Shown: piece after piece, positions 47,453 to 57,600 of the stretch
Layout: the number at the start of each line of letters is the position of its first letter
Numbering within the stretch: position 1 is the stretch's first letter
Assembly (NCBI GenBank): GCA_018238155.1
Contig: JABCTZ010000032.1
Location: 1-64,000, forward strand
Reading direction: 5' to 3'
Source of the DNA: Candidatus Heimdallarchaeota archaeon
GTDB taxonomy: Archaea > Asgardarchaeota > Heimdallarchaeia > JABLTI01
DNA: 64,000 bases
The notes under the pieces: model-generated
Database searches by the model: none
The model's input: the letters and a program-made list of their open reading frames with translations, nothing else
What the model was told of the DNA's origin: nothing
Translations under genes and position numbers: made by a program

Positions 47453-48508
47453 CTATTTTGAATGATATGGTGAAGAAGCTGCTTTCTCTATCTCAAAATC
47501 AGTATTGAAAAGAATATCAATCATTTGACAACCTATACATATTACTCCAGTTGAAAGTTCACCACATTTTTCACATAATTGGAATTGCTTTTGCTTCGAG
47601 GGAATATTTTTTGATATAGCTTTCTCTCCACAAAGTCTACTGATTTTTTCCATTCCATTTCGAACACAATTTAATGATCCTGGATATTTGTCCTCAATTT
47701 CAATCAAGAAGTTACGGACATCTAAACGCATTGCTTCTACAGAGTAAGGACATTCTGTTGTGTGATAAGTAATTTCATTATAGAAAGCATATAATACAAC
47801 ATCTCTTTCTGCTACTGCTTGCAAAGGTTTGACCCTTGGAATGAGCAATTCATGAGTTTTTTCGGGTTTTAAGTCTCCACGAATAAGTTTGGAAGAATCT
47901 CCACGGAGAAGATTCAACATAATTGTTTGAGATACATCACTGAGATTATGACCTGTAGCTACTTTATCGCCATCTAGTTTTCTAGCTGCTAGATTAATTG
48001 CTTTTCTTCGAAATACTCCACAATATGAACATGGTCCATGTTGAATTTTTTTTGTTTTCCTTGTAGATGGTAATAGAGTTTGCAATTCTCTCGAGCGCTG
48101 AACAATGTCGTCTAATGAATAACCAAAAAGTTCTTTGAATGAAAATAAATGATACTCAATATCTAATTTTTTAGCATTCATTTCAGCTATTGGTAAACCA
48201 TCATCTCGATATCCATCAATTCCTTCATCAATACAAACAGCAATTAATTCTGAGGGATATTTTTTCTGGATGTGATTAAGAATATCTAATAGAACAGTGC
48301 TGTCCTTTCCACCAGATAGTCCAACAATAATTCTATCATTTCTTTCGAACATCTTCTTTTGTTTAATAGATTTTCTAACTGTAGAGAGAACCCATTTACT
48401 AAAACAATCTTTACAAAAATATCTACCATCTGTTTTTCTGTATGTTATCGCTAGTTTTGAACATGTATAACAAGTTGGCAGGTTTTTAGACATGGATACA
48501 TTCTCCAA
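47453..48508 (-). CDS. tRNA 2-thiolation protein (NcsA/TtuA/Ctu1 family)
   Basis: PP-loop SGGKDS, CSYCGVFRR, TGHN, CPY, N- and C-terminal zinc fingers. Confidence 0.92.
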   Translation of the reverse strand: MENVSMSKNLPTCYTCSKLAITYRKTDGRYFCKDCFSKWVLSTVRKSIKQKKMFERNDRIIVGLSGGKDSTVLLDILNHIQKKYPSELIAVCIDEGIDGYRDDGLPIAEMNAKKLDIEYHLFSFKELFGYSLDDIVQRSRELQTLLPSTRKTKKIQHGPCSYCGVFRRKAINLAARKLDGDKVATGHNLSDVSQTIMLNLLRGDSSKLIRGDLKPEKTHELLIPRVKPLQAVAERDVVLYAFYNEITYHTTECPYSVEAMRLDVRNFLIEIEDKYPGSLNCVRNGMEKISRLCGEKAISKNIPSKQKQFQLCEKCGELSTGVICIGCQMIDILFNTDFEIEKAASSPYHSK

Positions 48509-48537
48509 ATAGACAAAAATAACTGCCTATTTTTAAT

Positions 48538-49716
48538 TTAACCTATGGGTACAAAACCATAACGTACCAACGGTAAAATGAGATTTGCTAAGAATAGTAA
48601 AACTGCTAGAAATCTTAAGACGCTAATTATGATTAAAGCTACTTTTTGATTTTTCATGTAGTGTGAAAGAAATGATGTGAGCATTTTATCCCCATCAAGC
48701 ATGAATGGAATGGGTAGAGCATTAAATAATACTGAACCAAAGCTTACAACTAACATCCACATTGTTTGCTGAGCAAAGTGAAATGGGAAGAATTTTCCTG
48801 GGAAAATAAATTTAGGTTCTTGATACGTTAGAGTTTTAACGCCCAAGAATCCAATGGATTCATTTACAGTATTCGTTCCTAAATGAATATTAATCACTCC
48901 ATCTGAAGTATTAACAACGATTAAATCATTAGGTTGAGTTTTCATTATATAATTAGAGAAAGTCTCAACATTTGCCATGTGAGTAGTATTAATATCAAAC
49001 ATAACTGTTCCTTTTTTCAATCCCGCAGAACTTGCCGGCGAATCATCCACTACTTCGAATATCAAAACTCCATCAGGACCGTTGTAGAATGGTGCGAGAA
49101 TATTAGAAGAAAAGATCATCACAGGAATAACTAATAAACCTAAAATAACATTGGGAAACATACCTGCTGCAAAAGTTCTCATTTTTGTTAATGCAGATGC
49201 TTTCATCAATGATTCTTCATCTGGTTCTACAAATGCGCCAAAAAAGACTGCAAAGAAGAGAAGACCTGTCGATTTTAATTCTACTCCATCTGCATGACTT
49301 ACTACGCCATGTGCAAACTCGTGGGGAATCATTACTAAAATTAATGGAATGATGAGATAAAGAAAAGTTTTGAAAGAGATTGTAACACCTGGAATGATTA
49401 GACCAACTGTTGCTCCACCTGTATCCATAGCTGGATTTGGTAGAAAGAAATCAACCAGTGTGTAGAGAAACAACCCCATTGATGCGAACATTAATCCAAA
49501 ACCAACAAAGATAGAAATGTTACCAATTAAACGCCAAAATCGCGCATATTTCTTTGCTACTCTTTTGATAAAATTGTTAAATCGTTTTGTTCTCATTAAT
49601 AGAAATAAAGGACCAATTGTCCAATTGTATTTCTCATCCAATTTGAGATATCTAGCAACAATATAAACTATAAACCAAGCTACTGCTAAAATCAACAATG
49701 TATACCCGATTTTCAT
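48538..49716 (-). CDS. Site-2 protease (M50) with PDZ domain
   Basis: HEFAH, GAFVEP, AAG, DSPASSAGL, NALP...LDG. Confidence 0.93.
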   Translation of the reverse strand: MKIGYTLLILAVAWFIVYIVARYLKLDEKYNWTIGPLFLLMRTKRFNNFIKRVAKKYARFWRLIGNISIFVGFGLMFASMGLFLYTLVDFFLPNPAMDTGGATVGLIIPGVTISFKTFLYLIIPLILVMIPHEFAHGVVSHADGVELKSTGLLFFAVFFGAFVEPDEESLMKASALTKMRTFAAGMFPNVILGLLVIPVMIFSSNILAPFYNGPDGVLIFEVVDDSPASSAGLKKGTVMFDINTTHMANVETFSNYIMKTQPNDLIVVNTSDGVINIHLGTNTVNESIGFLGVKTLTYQEPKFIFPGKFFPFHFAQQTMWMLVVSFGSVLFNALPIPFMLDGDKMLTSFLSHYMKNQKVALIIISVLRFLAVLLFLANLILPLVRYGFVPIG

Positions 49717-49926
49717 AGTTTACAGTCTCACAATGAATTTTTCTAAGCAAAACATCTGAAGCTTGTCTTCTTTTAAAAAAGCTGCTATAACTTTCTAGGG
49801 AAATATATATTATCTCTCTTTGGATTTTATCGGCTAAGTGTTTATAATGAACAAGGTAAAATATTACTCGAGACAATATCAAAGAATGATCAAATATTAA
49901 GTAACAAATAATTGTAGGTTTGAATT

Positions 49927-50646
49927 ATGAAACGAAGAGGTTCTGGTGTGAAAACAACAGAAATTGCTGATATATCTGAAATATCTTACTCAATGAAACA
50001 TTGGAAGATACTCAAAGAAAAAAGAGATCTTGCTATCGATATTATGGAAAAATTAGCTACAAATAATATTCAAACACTCATTTACGGATCTATATGTCGT
50101 GGTGACGTTTCTGAAAAAAGTGACATTGATCTGTTCATTCCATTTCAAATTTCTTCATTCAAATTAGAATTAACTCTAGAACAAAAAAATCTTAATATTT
50201 TCGAAAAGAGAATTGTCCAAGCCACACCAAAACATCTAGTAAAAGCACATGTTTATTTGAGTGAACTTATTTGTATAACCTTTCCATTAACCTCAATGAG
50301 AGAGCGGGAATTTGATTTCATTCGTTTTGGTGGCACCTTAACTTTAGACGATCTTTTGGAAAATCGTAGAGTTCCCGGAGTGGATAAACGATTAATGTTG
50401 ATAGAACCAACCGAAATTGGTCATAAAGAATCTCCTATTATTGGATTGGAAGCCATAGTTGCAAAGAAAGTGGGAGTCAATGTTGAACTAATTAAAGAAC
50501 GAGTTAGAGTGTTAACAACTCGAGACAAAGTAGGTCGTACAGGTGTTTATCTTAATCATCCATTAGCTCCTGATGAAAACATTGAAGAAATTTTTAAACA
50601 AATTGTTGATTCTGACCCCATAGTAAGAAGAAGAGCAAAAATATAG
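49927..50646 (+). CDS. Archaeal Pol-beta-family nucleotidyltransferase
   Basis: YGSICRGDV...SDID, VQATP, RVPGVDKRL, GRTG. Confidence 0.85.
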   Translation: MKRRGSGVKTTEIADISEISYSMKHWKILKEKRDLAIDIMEKLATNNIQTLIYGSICRGDVSEKSDIDLFIPFQISSFKLELTLEQKNLNIFEKRIVQATPKHLVKAHVYLSELICITFPLTSMREREFDFIRFGGTLTLDDLLENRRVPGVDKRLMLIEPTEIGHKESPIIGLEAIVAKKVGVNVELIKERVRVLTTRDKVGRTGVYLNHPLAPDENIEEIFKQIVDSDPIVRRRAKI

Positions 50647-50674
50647 TTGATTAAATAGTAATGAAATAATTCAT

Positions 50675-51820
50675 GTGATTGTTATGAAAAAGAAAATTAG
50701 ACCATTACAAGGTGGTTCCTACATCAAAGGAACATTGCCAAAAGGTTGCAAACTTTGTAGAAGAGGTGCTCAGTTATTCTTTCTGATTTCAGGAAAATGC
50801 AGTGAAAATTGTTACTATTGTTCATTGACTAAAGATAAACGAGGTGGGGATATCATTTTAGCGAATGAACGTCCAATAACTAATTTTTCTGGAGTGATGT
50901 TAGAAAAAACAAATATGAATGCACTTGGTGCTGCAATTACAGGTGGAGACCCCTTAGAGACAATTGATCTTACTATAGAATACATAACTAATATGAAGAA
51001 GGAATTTGGGAAAAAATTCCATACTCATCTTTATACTTCCGGACGTTTTGCAACGGAAGAAAATCTACAAAAACTAAGTGATGCCGGTTTGGATGAAATA
51101 CGATTCCATCCTCAAAATAGAGAACAAGAAAAAAATATTGAGAAAGCGTTATTTCATAACTGGTCCATTGGTGCAGAAATACCCATTATTCCAAATAATA
51201 AAGAAAAAACATTAAAATTCATGGATTATCTCGAGAGTCTTGAATTTGTTAAATTCTGCAATTTTAATGAGCTAGAAGCTACTGAAGCGAATATTAAGAA
51301 TTTGACTAAAAGGGGTTTTATTCTAAAAACTGAAGATTCATCAGCAATTGAAGGAAGCGAAGCATTAGCTTTAGAGATTCTTGAAGAAACGGATTACAAT
51401 TTCACTCTACACTATTGTAGCTCTTTTTCAAAAGATGCTGTTCAATTTAGAAATCGCTTGCTGAGAACAGCTAAAGTTGTTAAGAAACCCTTTGAAGAAA
51501 TTCAAGATGGAATGCTAGTTAAAGCGGTAATAACTGCACCAAATTATACCATTCCAGAAGAAATAGTTGAAGCGTTAATTGAAGAGTATGAAATTGAACA
51601 AGAAATGATTTTCTTACGTCCTGATAAAAAGATTGAAACAAGCTGGTATATTGCAGATGTCTTGAGAGATGTTTTGTTTGACCGTTACGATTTGACGGAT
51701 ATCGATATTATTTATGAATATCCTACTTATGGTAGAACGATCATTGCAAAAGGATCCCTAAGGGAACTTTCGCTAGCAAAAGACGCAATGGAATCCTCAA
51801 AAAACAAAGAAAAGAAATAA
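50675..51820 (+). CDS. Radical SAM protein (uncharacterised archaeal family)
   Basis: LPKGCKLC, CSENCYYC, ITGGDP, HLYT, LDEIRFHP, HYCS. Confidence 0.87.
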   Translation: MIVMKKKIRPLQGGSYIKGTLPKGCKLCRRGAQLFFLISGKCSENCYYCSLTKDKRGGDIILANERPITNFSGVMLEKTNMNALGAAITGGDPLETIDLTIEYITNMKKEFGKKFHTHLYTSGRFATEENLQKLSDAGLDEIRFHPQNREQEKNIEKALFHNWSIGAEIPIIPNNKEKTLKFMDYLESLEFVKFCNFNELEATEANIKNLTKRGFILKTEDSSAIEGSEALALEILEETDYNFTLHYCSSFSKDAVQFRNRLLRTAKVVKKPFEEIQDGMLVKAVITAPNYTIPEEIVEALIEEYEIEQEMIFLRPDKKIETSWYIADVLRDVLFDRYDLTDIDIIYEYPTYGRTIIAKGSLRELSLAKDAMESSKNKEKK

Positions 51821-51862
51821 ACTATCTAATTTTTTATATATTGAGCGATATATGCTTAAACT

Positions 51863-52528
51863 ATGACCCGCCTAAATTACGATAAAGTATCATTCCCAAT
51901 TTGCCTAACATTAGGAACAATATTGATGGCAGGTATATTACTTTCAATCGATTTCCTATTTGCAGGAATTCAAGAATTATATCTCTCCAACATAAATCTC
52001 GATTACATCCCTGATAAACAATTAGCAACAATAGTGATTATTTCAAGTTCGATTGCTTTAGTTGTAGGTGCAGTTTTGTATCTCTTGAATGTCTGGCTAT
52101 TAATTCGGAAAAAGAAGATACATAAGCAACTTGTTGATGATCAAATTATCGATCAAGATGAAAGTGTTAATTTTAGAACACTTCAAGTAGAAATTTCTAG
52201 CTCGATAAAAATATTGAGAGATTTGTTTGGTTTTTTAGTAATTGTTGTTCTTTTATCTGGATTATTTAGCTTCTTTCGATTTATCTGGATGATTAGCAAA
52301 TACCGTCTTTATTCAGAACTTTTTATCCACTATTTTCTAAGTAACACTAGCTCGATAATTATAAGCATCTCATTATATATTGCAATTGGTTTGATGATGA
52401 CTTATTTGGTTATTACTTCTCTCCAAAAATACCAAAGATTACAAATTATAGCTGAAAATTATGATGTAGCAATGGACAAAGCATTAGGAAATTTCGGTAA
52501 ACTCATGAGTGAAGATTCTGAAAAATAA
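51863..52528 (+). CDS. Hypothetical membrane protein (4 TM)
   Basis: Two pairs of hydrophobic helices. Confidence 0.7.
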   Translation: MTRLNYDKVSFPICLTLGTILMAGILLSIDFLFAGIQELYLSNINLDYIPDKQLATIVIISSSIALVVGAVLYLLNVWLLIRKKKIHKQLVDDQIIDQDESVNFRTLQVEISSSIKILRDLFGFLVIVVLLSGLFSFFRFIWMISKYRLYSELFIHYFLSNTSSIIISISLYIAIGLMMTYLVITSLQKYQRLQIIAENYDVAMDKALGNFGKLMSEDSEK

Positions 52529-52612
52529 GAACGTTGAATGAGTATCTCAAGTGACTATTGAGCGAAAGAAAAGGTGAATGATAAATTAGTTCGTTAATGA
52601 GGATGATATCTC

Positions 52613-52939
52613 TTGAAGCGTAGAAGCGATGATTTGGATAAATGGATTGCTATTCTCTCTAAATTAGCTCAAAGTGAGGATGGTATTGCAGATGATAAAA
52701 AGTTAGGTCTATCATTCTATGCAATTCGTAGCTCTACTGTTGGTGATTATCACAAATTAATTGATATTTTAGAAGATATGGCTAAGAAAGAATTTATAGA
52801 AATTGTTGAAGATTTTAAGGATAAAAATAATGAAACCGAAGTGAAAGTAGTAAGATACAAGATAACGCTAAAAGGAATAAAGACCTTATTTGGAGTGTTA
52901 ATTCCTGCAAGAGATGCACTAAGGGGATTAGATTTCTAA
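52613..52939 (+). CDS. Winged-helix DNA-binding protein
   Basis: LEDMAKKEFIE...YKITLKG wing motif. Confidence 0.65.
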   Translation: MKRRSDDLDKWIAILSKLAQSEDGIADDKKLGLSFYAIRSSTVGDYHKLIDILEDMAKKEFIEIVEDFKDKNNETEVKVVRYKITLKGIKTLFGVLIPARDALRGLDF

Positions 52940-53136
52940 TTTTTTTTAAAAAATCTTCTTAAGAAAAATTTCCGATTTTTTTGGTGAAATTTTTCTTATT
53001 TCTATGAGATTTTGTGATAGCATAAATTATCGAAAGCTTTAATAATAAATAAAATCATTTCTCATTTGGTTGAGAATCCTATCTAACCTATAAGTAAAAC
53101 TAATTCTTGGCTACATGACAATAGCGTGGACTTAAA

Positions 53137-53586
53137 ATGTTTATTGAATTGATGAATAGCACAATAAAAGAAAGGGAAATTAGATTACGTACAATGTTTG
53201 AGAAAAAAGTAAGTAGCAGGGGTAGGAAAAGAAGTAAGAAAACAACTAGAGTACAAGAATTGATTTTAGATACACTTTATGTCACCAATCGATTAATGCG
53301 TTCTTCTGAGATTCGAATTTCAGTTGGAAGAAGAATAAAAGGACTTAGTAACTATCTGTTCTTTTCAGCTTTAAACGATTTGCACACAAAAGACATGATT
53401 CTAAAAAAGAAGAACTTGTTAAATATGAAATATACTTTTTACTCTCTTTCGATTACTGAAAGATGCCAACGAAGTGGATCCAGTTACCAATTTGTTCAAA
53501 TTAGTTGTAAAGAATTGATTTATCTATCCAGTATTCGTTCAGATATAGAAAGTAGTTTACTCTTATTTGGAAGATTCTTTTACTAA
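53137..53586 (+). CDS. Putative winged-helix protein
   Basis: LILDTL...MRSSEI...ALNDL...MILK...YTFYSL. Confidence 0.5.
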   Translation: MFIELMNSTIKEREIRLRTMFEKKVSSRGRKRSKKTTRVQELILDTLYVTNRLMRSSEIRISVGRRIKGLSNYLFFSALNDLHTKDMILKKKNLLNMKYTFYSLSITERCQRSGSSYQFVQISCKELIYLSSIRSDIESSLLLFGRFFY

Positions 53587-53609
53587 GCTTCCACCGTTCC
53601 TTTTTTAAA

Positions 53610-54644
53610 TTAGAACCTTCTTTGCTTTTTCGGATATGTTTGGAATGGTGTGTGAGGTTCAAAACTGATCCATTCTTCATTTTGATCTAAATGGGCTAAA
53701 GAATGGAGAATATCATAAGTTACCCATCGGGAAGCTTGTGGTTTTGGAGAATAATTCCAAATTCCGTGGTCAGTTTGTAACTCTTGAATAAATACAACTA
53801 AATTTCTAACTCGAGAGTCTTCTATAGAAGTGCCTAGTTGCCAACAGAATTTCAATATCAATGAAATATCATATCTAGCAAAATATGTGATAAAACCTGT
53901 TGCTTGCTCAAATCCGACAGTTCGGGCAACTTCAAAACCAAGTGTTAGTCGTTCTTTTGTGTCTCGTCCAAGTAATAAATCTAAAGCTCGTCTTGCTTCA
54001 TCACTTGAACAGTATTTCGGATGAAGAGCCAGACAACTTAGAGCGGCAGTGGTATTAGATCTGCATCCCCAACGTGAATGAGCTATTTTTCTATATCCTG
54101 CGACATATCCAAAATTTCCTTTTACATAACCTGTTGGCCAAGCACCATCGGGCATTCTTTGTTCTAATATCCATTGGTAGGCTTTTTCAGAGCGAGTATC
54201 AGTACTATATCCACACATAGCTAATGCTCTCAATGGCAATGCTGTTTGTATGGTCATATTTTCGTATCCTCCAATTTCGAGTTGTTTTTCCCTTGTTTGA
54301 GGTAATGGCCAAGAACCATCATCATTTTGGAGCGAGAAAAGGTATTCTGCACCTTTTGCTATTGCAGTATGTTCTTGGTTATATCCCAGATATCCGAGTC
54401 TTGCTAATGCTTGAGCAGTAGCTAATATTTTTGTGCTATGAGCACCTGAAACATAGTCACTTTTAGACCAATATCCATCCAGTGTTTGGAGAGCAAATAA
54501 GTCAGTAACAATAGAATCCTCTTCCCTCAAGAGGTTTAGTTCTTGTATTTCTTTGTCATTGGAATTTCTTTGTAATAGATTTCTAAGAACTAGATATCTC
54601 AAATTGGCAGATTTATCTATGAGAAGTAATGGCAACCAAGTCAT
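53610..54644 (-). CDS. Prenyltransferase/squalene-cyclase (QW) repeat alpha-barrel protein
   Basis: QTLDGYW, QNDDGSW, RMPDGAW, QTDHGIW; no DxDD; start overlaps the UvrA-like stop (ATGA). Confidence 0.75.
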   Translation of the reverse strand: MTWLPLLLIDKSANLRYLVLRNLLQRNSNDKEIQELNLLREEDSIVTDLFALQTLDGYWSKSDYVSGAHSTKILATAQALARLGYLGYNQEHTAIAKGAEYLFSLQNDDGSWPLPQTREKQLEIGGYENMTIQTALPLRALAMCGYSTDTRSEKAYQWILEQRMPDGAWPTGYVKGNFGYVAGYRKIAHSRWGCRSNTTAALSCLALHPKYCSSDEARRALDLLLGRDTKERLTLGFEVARTVGFEQATGFITYFARYDISLILKFCWQLGTSIEDSRVRNLVVFIQELQTDHGIWNYSPKPQASRWVTYDILHSLAHLDQNEEWISFEPHTPFQTYPKKQRRF

Positions 54645-57600
54645 TTCGAATCCTCCAATATTTGTTTAATAAATGGTGAAGTAGGAGTTGTTCTTTCAGC
54701 TATTGATTCGGGAGTTCCTTCTGCAATTATTTTCCCTCCTTGAGGACCTCCAATGGGTCCAAGCTCGACCAACCAATCACAAGCTGCAAGAAGCTCAGGA
54801 CAATGCTCAATAACCATTACAGTATTTCCGGCATCTACGAGACGATTTAGAACTTGTATTAGTAAATTGATATCTTCAAGATGTAATCCAACAGTGGGCT
54901 CATCTAAAATATATAATGCATTGATCGGTTTTTTCTTGTTTAACTCCCAAGCAATCTTCAACCTTTGTGATTCACCTCCTGAAAGAGTGTAACCAGGTTG
55001 ACGTAATACAATATAGCCCAAGCCAACATCCTTTACTATTTTCAATTTTCTCGAAATTGATTCTTCATCCTTGAAGAGATTGAATAATTGATCTATTGTA
55101 AGTTGATACATTTCAGGCAAAGAGTAACCTTTCACTTTAATATCCCAAATTTCTGCAGTATGTCCAGACCCTCTGCAAGTTTCGCATGTTTCTATAATTG
55201 AAGGAAGAAAATCCATTTTTATGTATGTCCTACCTCGACCACCACATACAGAACACTTCTGGGCAATTTTTTTACTATCTAATCCCAAAGCTTGGGCAAT
55301 TTCGGTTTCAGCAAAAATATCATAAAATGTCTTTGCCAAACCTAGGAATGTAAAAGGGTTAGTTATTTCTCTCCGAGTTTGATCTACCAAAACAACTCTC
55401 TTCGGTGTTCCAATAATTTCTTTATGTTTTCCGGGTTTAATGGGCTCATAAGCGACTGATGTTGTTTGCTTTTTGGGAACTAAAGCACGTCCTATAGTGT
55501 CGATCATAAGAGTGCTCTTTCCAGAACCTGAAACACCACAAACACCAACAAGTACTCCAAGTGGTAATTTTATTTCCTTTCCCTTGAGATTATTTTCTTC
55601 TGCACCTGTGATTTTCATCCAATCGTTTGGAACTCTCCTTGAGGTAGGATAATCAAATTTCCGTTTTCCTTGTAACCATTTCGCTGTAATCGTAGATTTT
55701 TGTAAAATCTCCTCTATTGACCCCTTAGCAACTATTTTTCCTCCTGCAACTCCTGGTCCGGGTCCAACATCAATTATGTATTCAGCAGCTCTTATAATAA
55801 CCGGATCATGTTCTACAATGATTACAGTGTTACCTTCATCTTTCAATTCTTTGAGTGCAACAAGTAAATTTGAAACTTCTGAAGGATGTAACCCCCTAGA
55901 AGGTTCATCAAGCAGAATTGTAAGTGAGGTTAATCCACTGCCCAATAAGCCAGCTAATTTTATCCTTTGAGCTTCTCCTGCAGACAAAGTACCATGAATT
56001 CGGTTTAGATTAATATATCCTAAACCAACTTGATTTAGAAACTTCAACCGTTTTTGAATTTTCAAAAGGCTAGCTGTACTGTACTTGGGAATATTTTCTG
56101 GAATGGCTATCTTAGATAGTATCTTTATAATTTCAGCTATCGATAAATCTGACAGTTCATGGATATTATAACCAGCAAGAGTCACGGCAAGGTACTGAGA
56201 TTTCAAATGACCACCCTTACATGTCAGGCAGATTTCAGTTTCGGTATATGTACCACCAACATCCCAATCTCGAATCCAACCATAAAAACCAGGATATTTC
56301 TGTTTAAAGTGATGGGTTCTGCCTTTTCTTCCAATAGATATTCCCTCTAAAGGTTCTGGATGTCCAAACAGAAAAGCATCTTGTGCCTTTTTCGACATCT
56401 CATTCCAAGGTGTTGTTTCAGGGTCAAAGTTGTATTTTTCTGCTAATGCTCGAAGAATATAATAACCTCCATTCAAGGGTTTACAGATATATCCAAATGG
56501 AAAAAACCCTGGAGAATACATAGCTCCATTACAAATTGGTTTCTCAGAATTTACAATTAATTTTTCTGGTCGTGGTTTTCTTAAACTTCCAATACCATTA
56601 CATGTCTCACATGCAGCTGCATAATTTTGTGAAGAGAAATGACGAACTTTCGCTTTTGCTTCTCTATTTCCACAAGCAGGGCAATACCATTCTTCTTTTC
56701 TTTCTAGTTGTGTTCCACATTCCGAACACTCTTTTTCTCCAATATTAGCATAAAGAATTGCTAATTGATGAGCTATACCAGTTTCATGGTTTACATTACT
56801 TCTTAAATTATAGCTTCTTTTTCGTGGTCCAATAGAAATCGTTACACCTAACCCTGTAACTGAATCAACAGGTACTTCTGGACCTTCCCTTACTCCTTGT
56901 CGTTCATAAAGTGAAAGAGTTTCCAGAAATCGTTTTCTTGCTTCATTCTCTAATATATCTGAAACTATACTTGATTTTCCAGATCCTGAAACACCAGTTA
57001 CAACTATAAGTGTATTTTTAGGGAAATTAACTGAGATATTCCGTAAGTTATGGATTCTTGCACCTTTAATTGATATACTAGATGAAGCAACATACTCTCT
57101 TTGTGAAGCAATTGTACTGGGATGTATCAATTTTTCAGAGTTAAGAAATTGACCTGTAAGTGACTTCTTATCATTTTGTAACTCTTTAGGCGAACCTGAG
57201 AAAACTAATTCTCCACCTAAATCGCCTGCTTTTGGTCCTAAATCAATCACCCAATCTGCAGCTCTAATTATATCTGAGTTGTGTTCTACAACTAGTATTG
57301 TAGCTCCAACAGCAACTAAACAATCTAACACATTTAGCAATCCAATGATATCCTTAGGATGGAGTCCTGTGGAAGGTTCATCGAGAATTATTATGCTATT
57401 TCTTAATGTTGCTTTTCCAAGATATTTAGCTAACTTTACTCTTTGTGCTTCTCCTCCCGAAAGTGTTGTTGACGGCTGTCCTAAAGGAAGATATCCTAGT
57501 CCAACATCTATCATTGCTTTTAAAATTCGTAAAGCATCTTGTTGGTATTTTTTCACTATATCCTTATCACTTTGGATTAAGGAATACGCTTTTGATACAG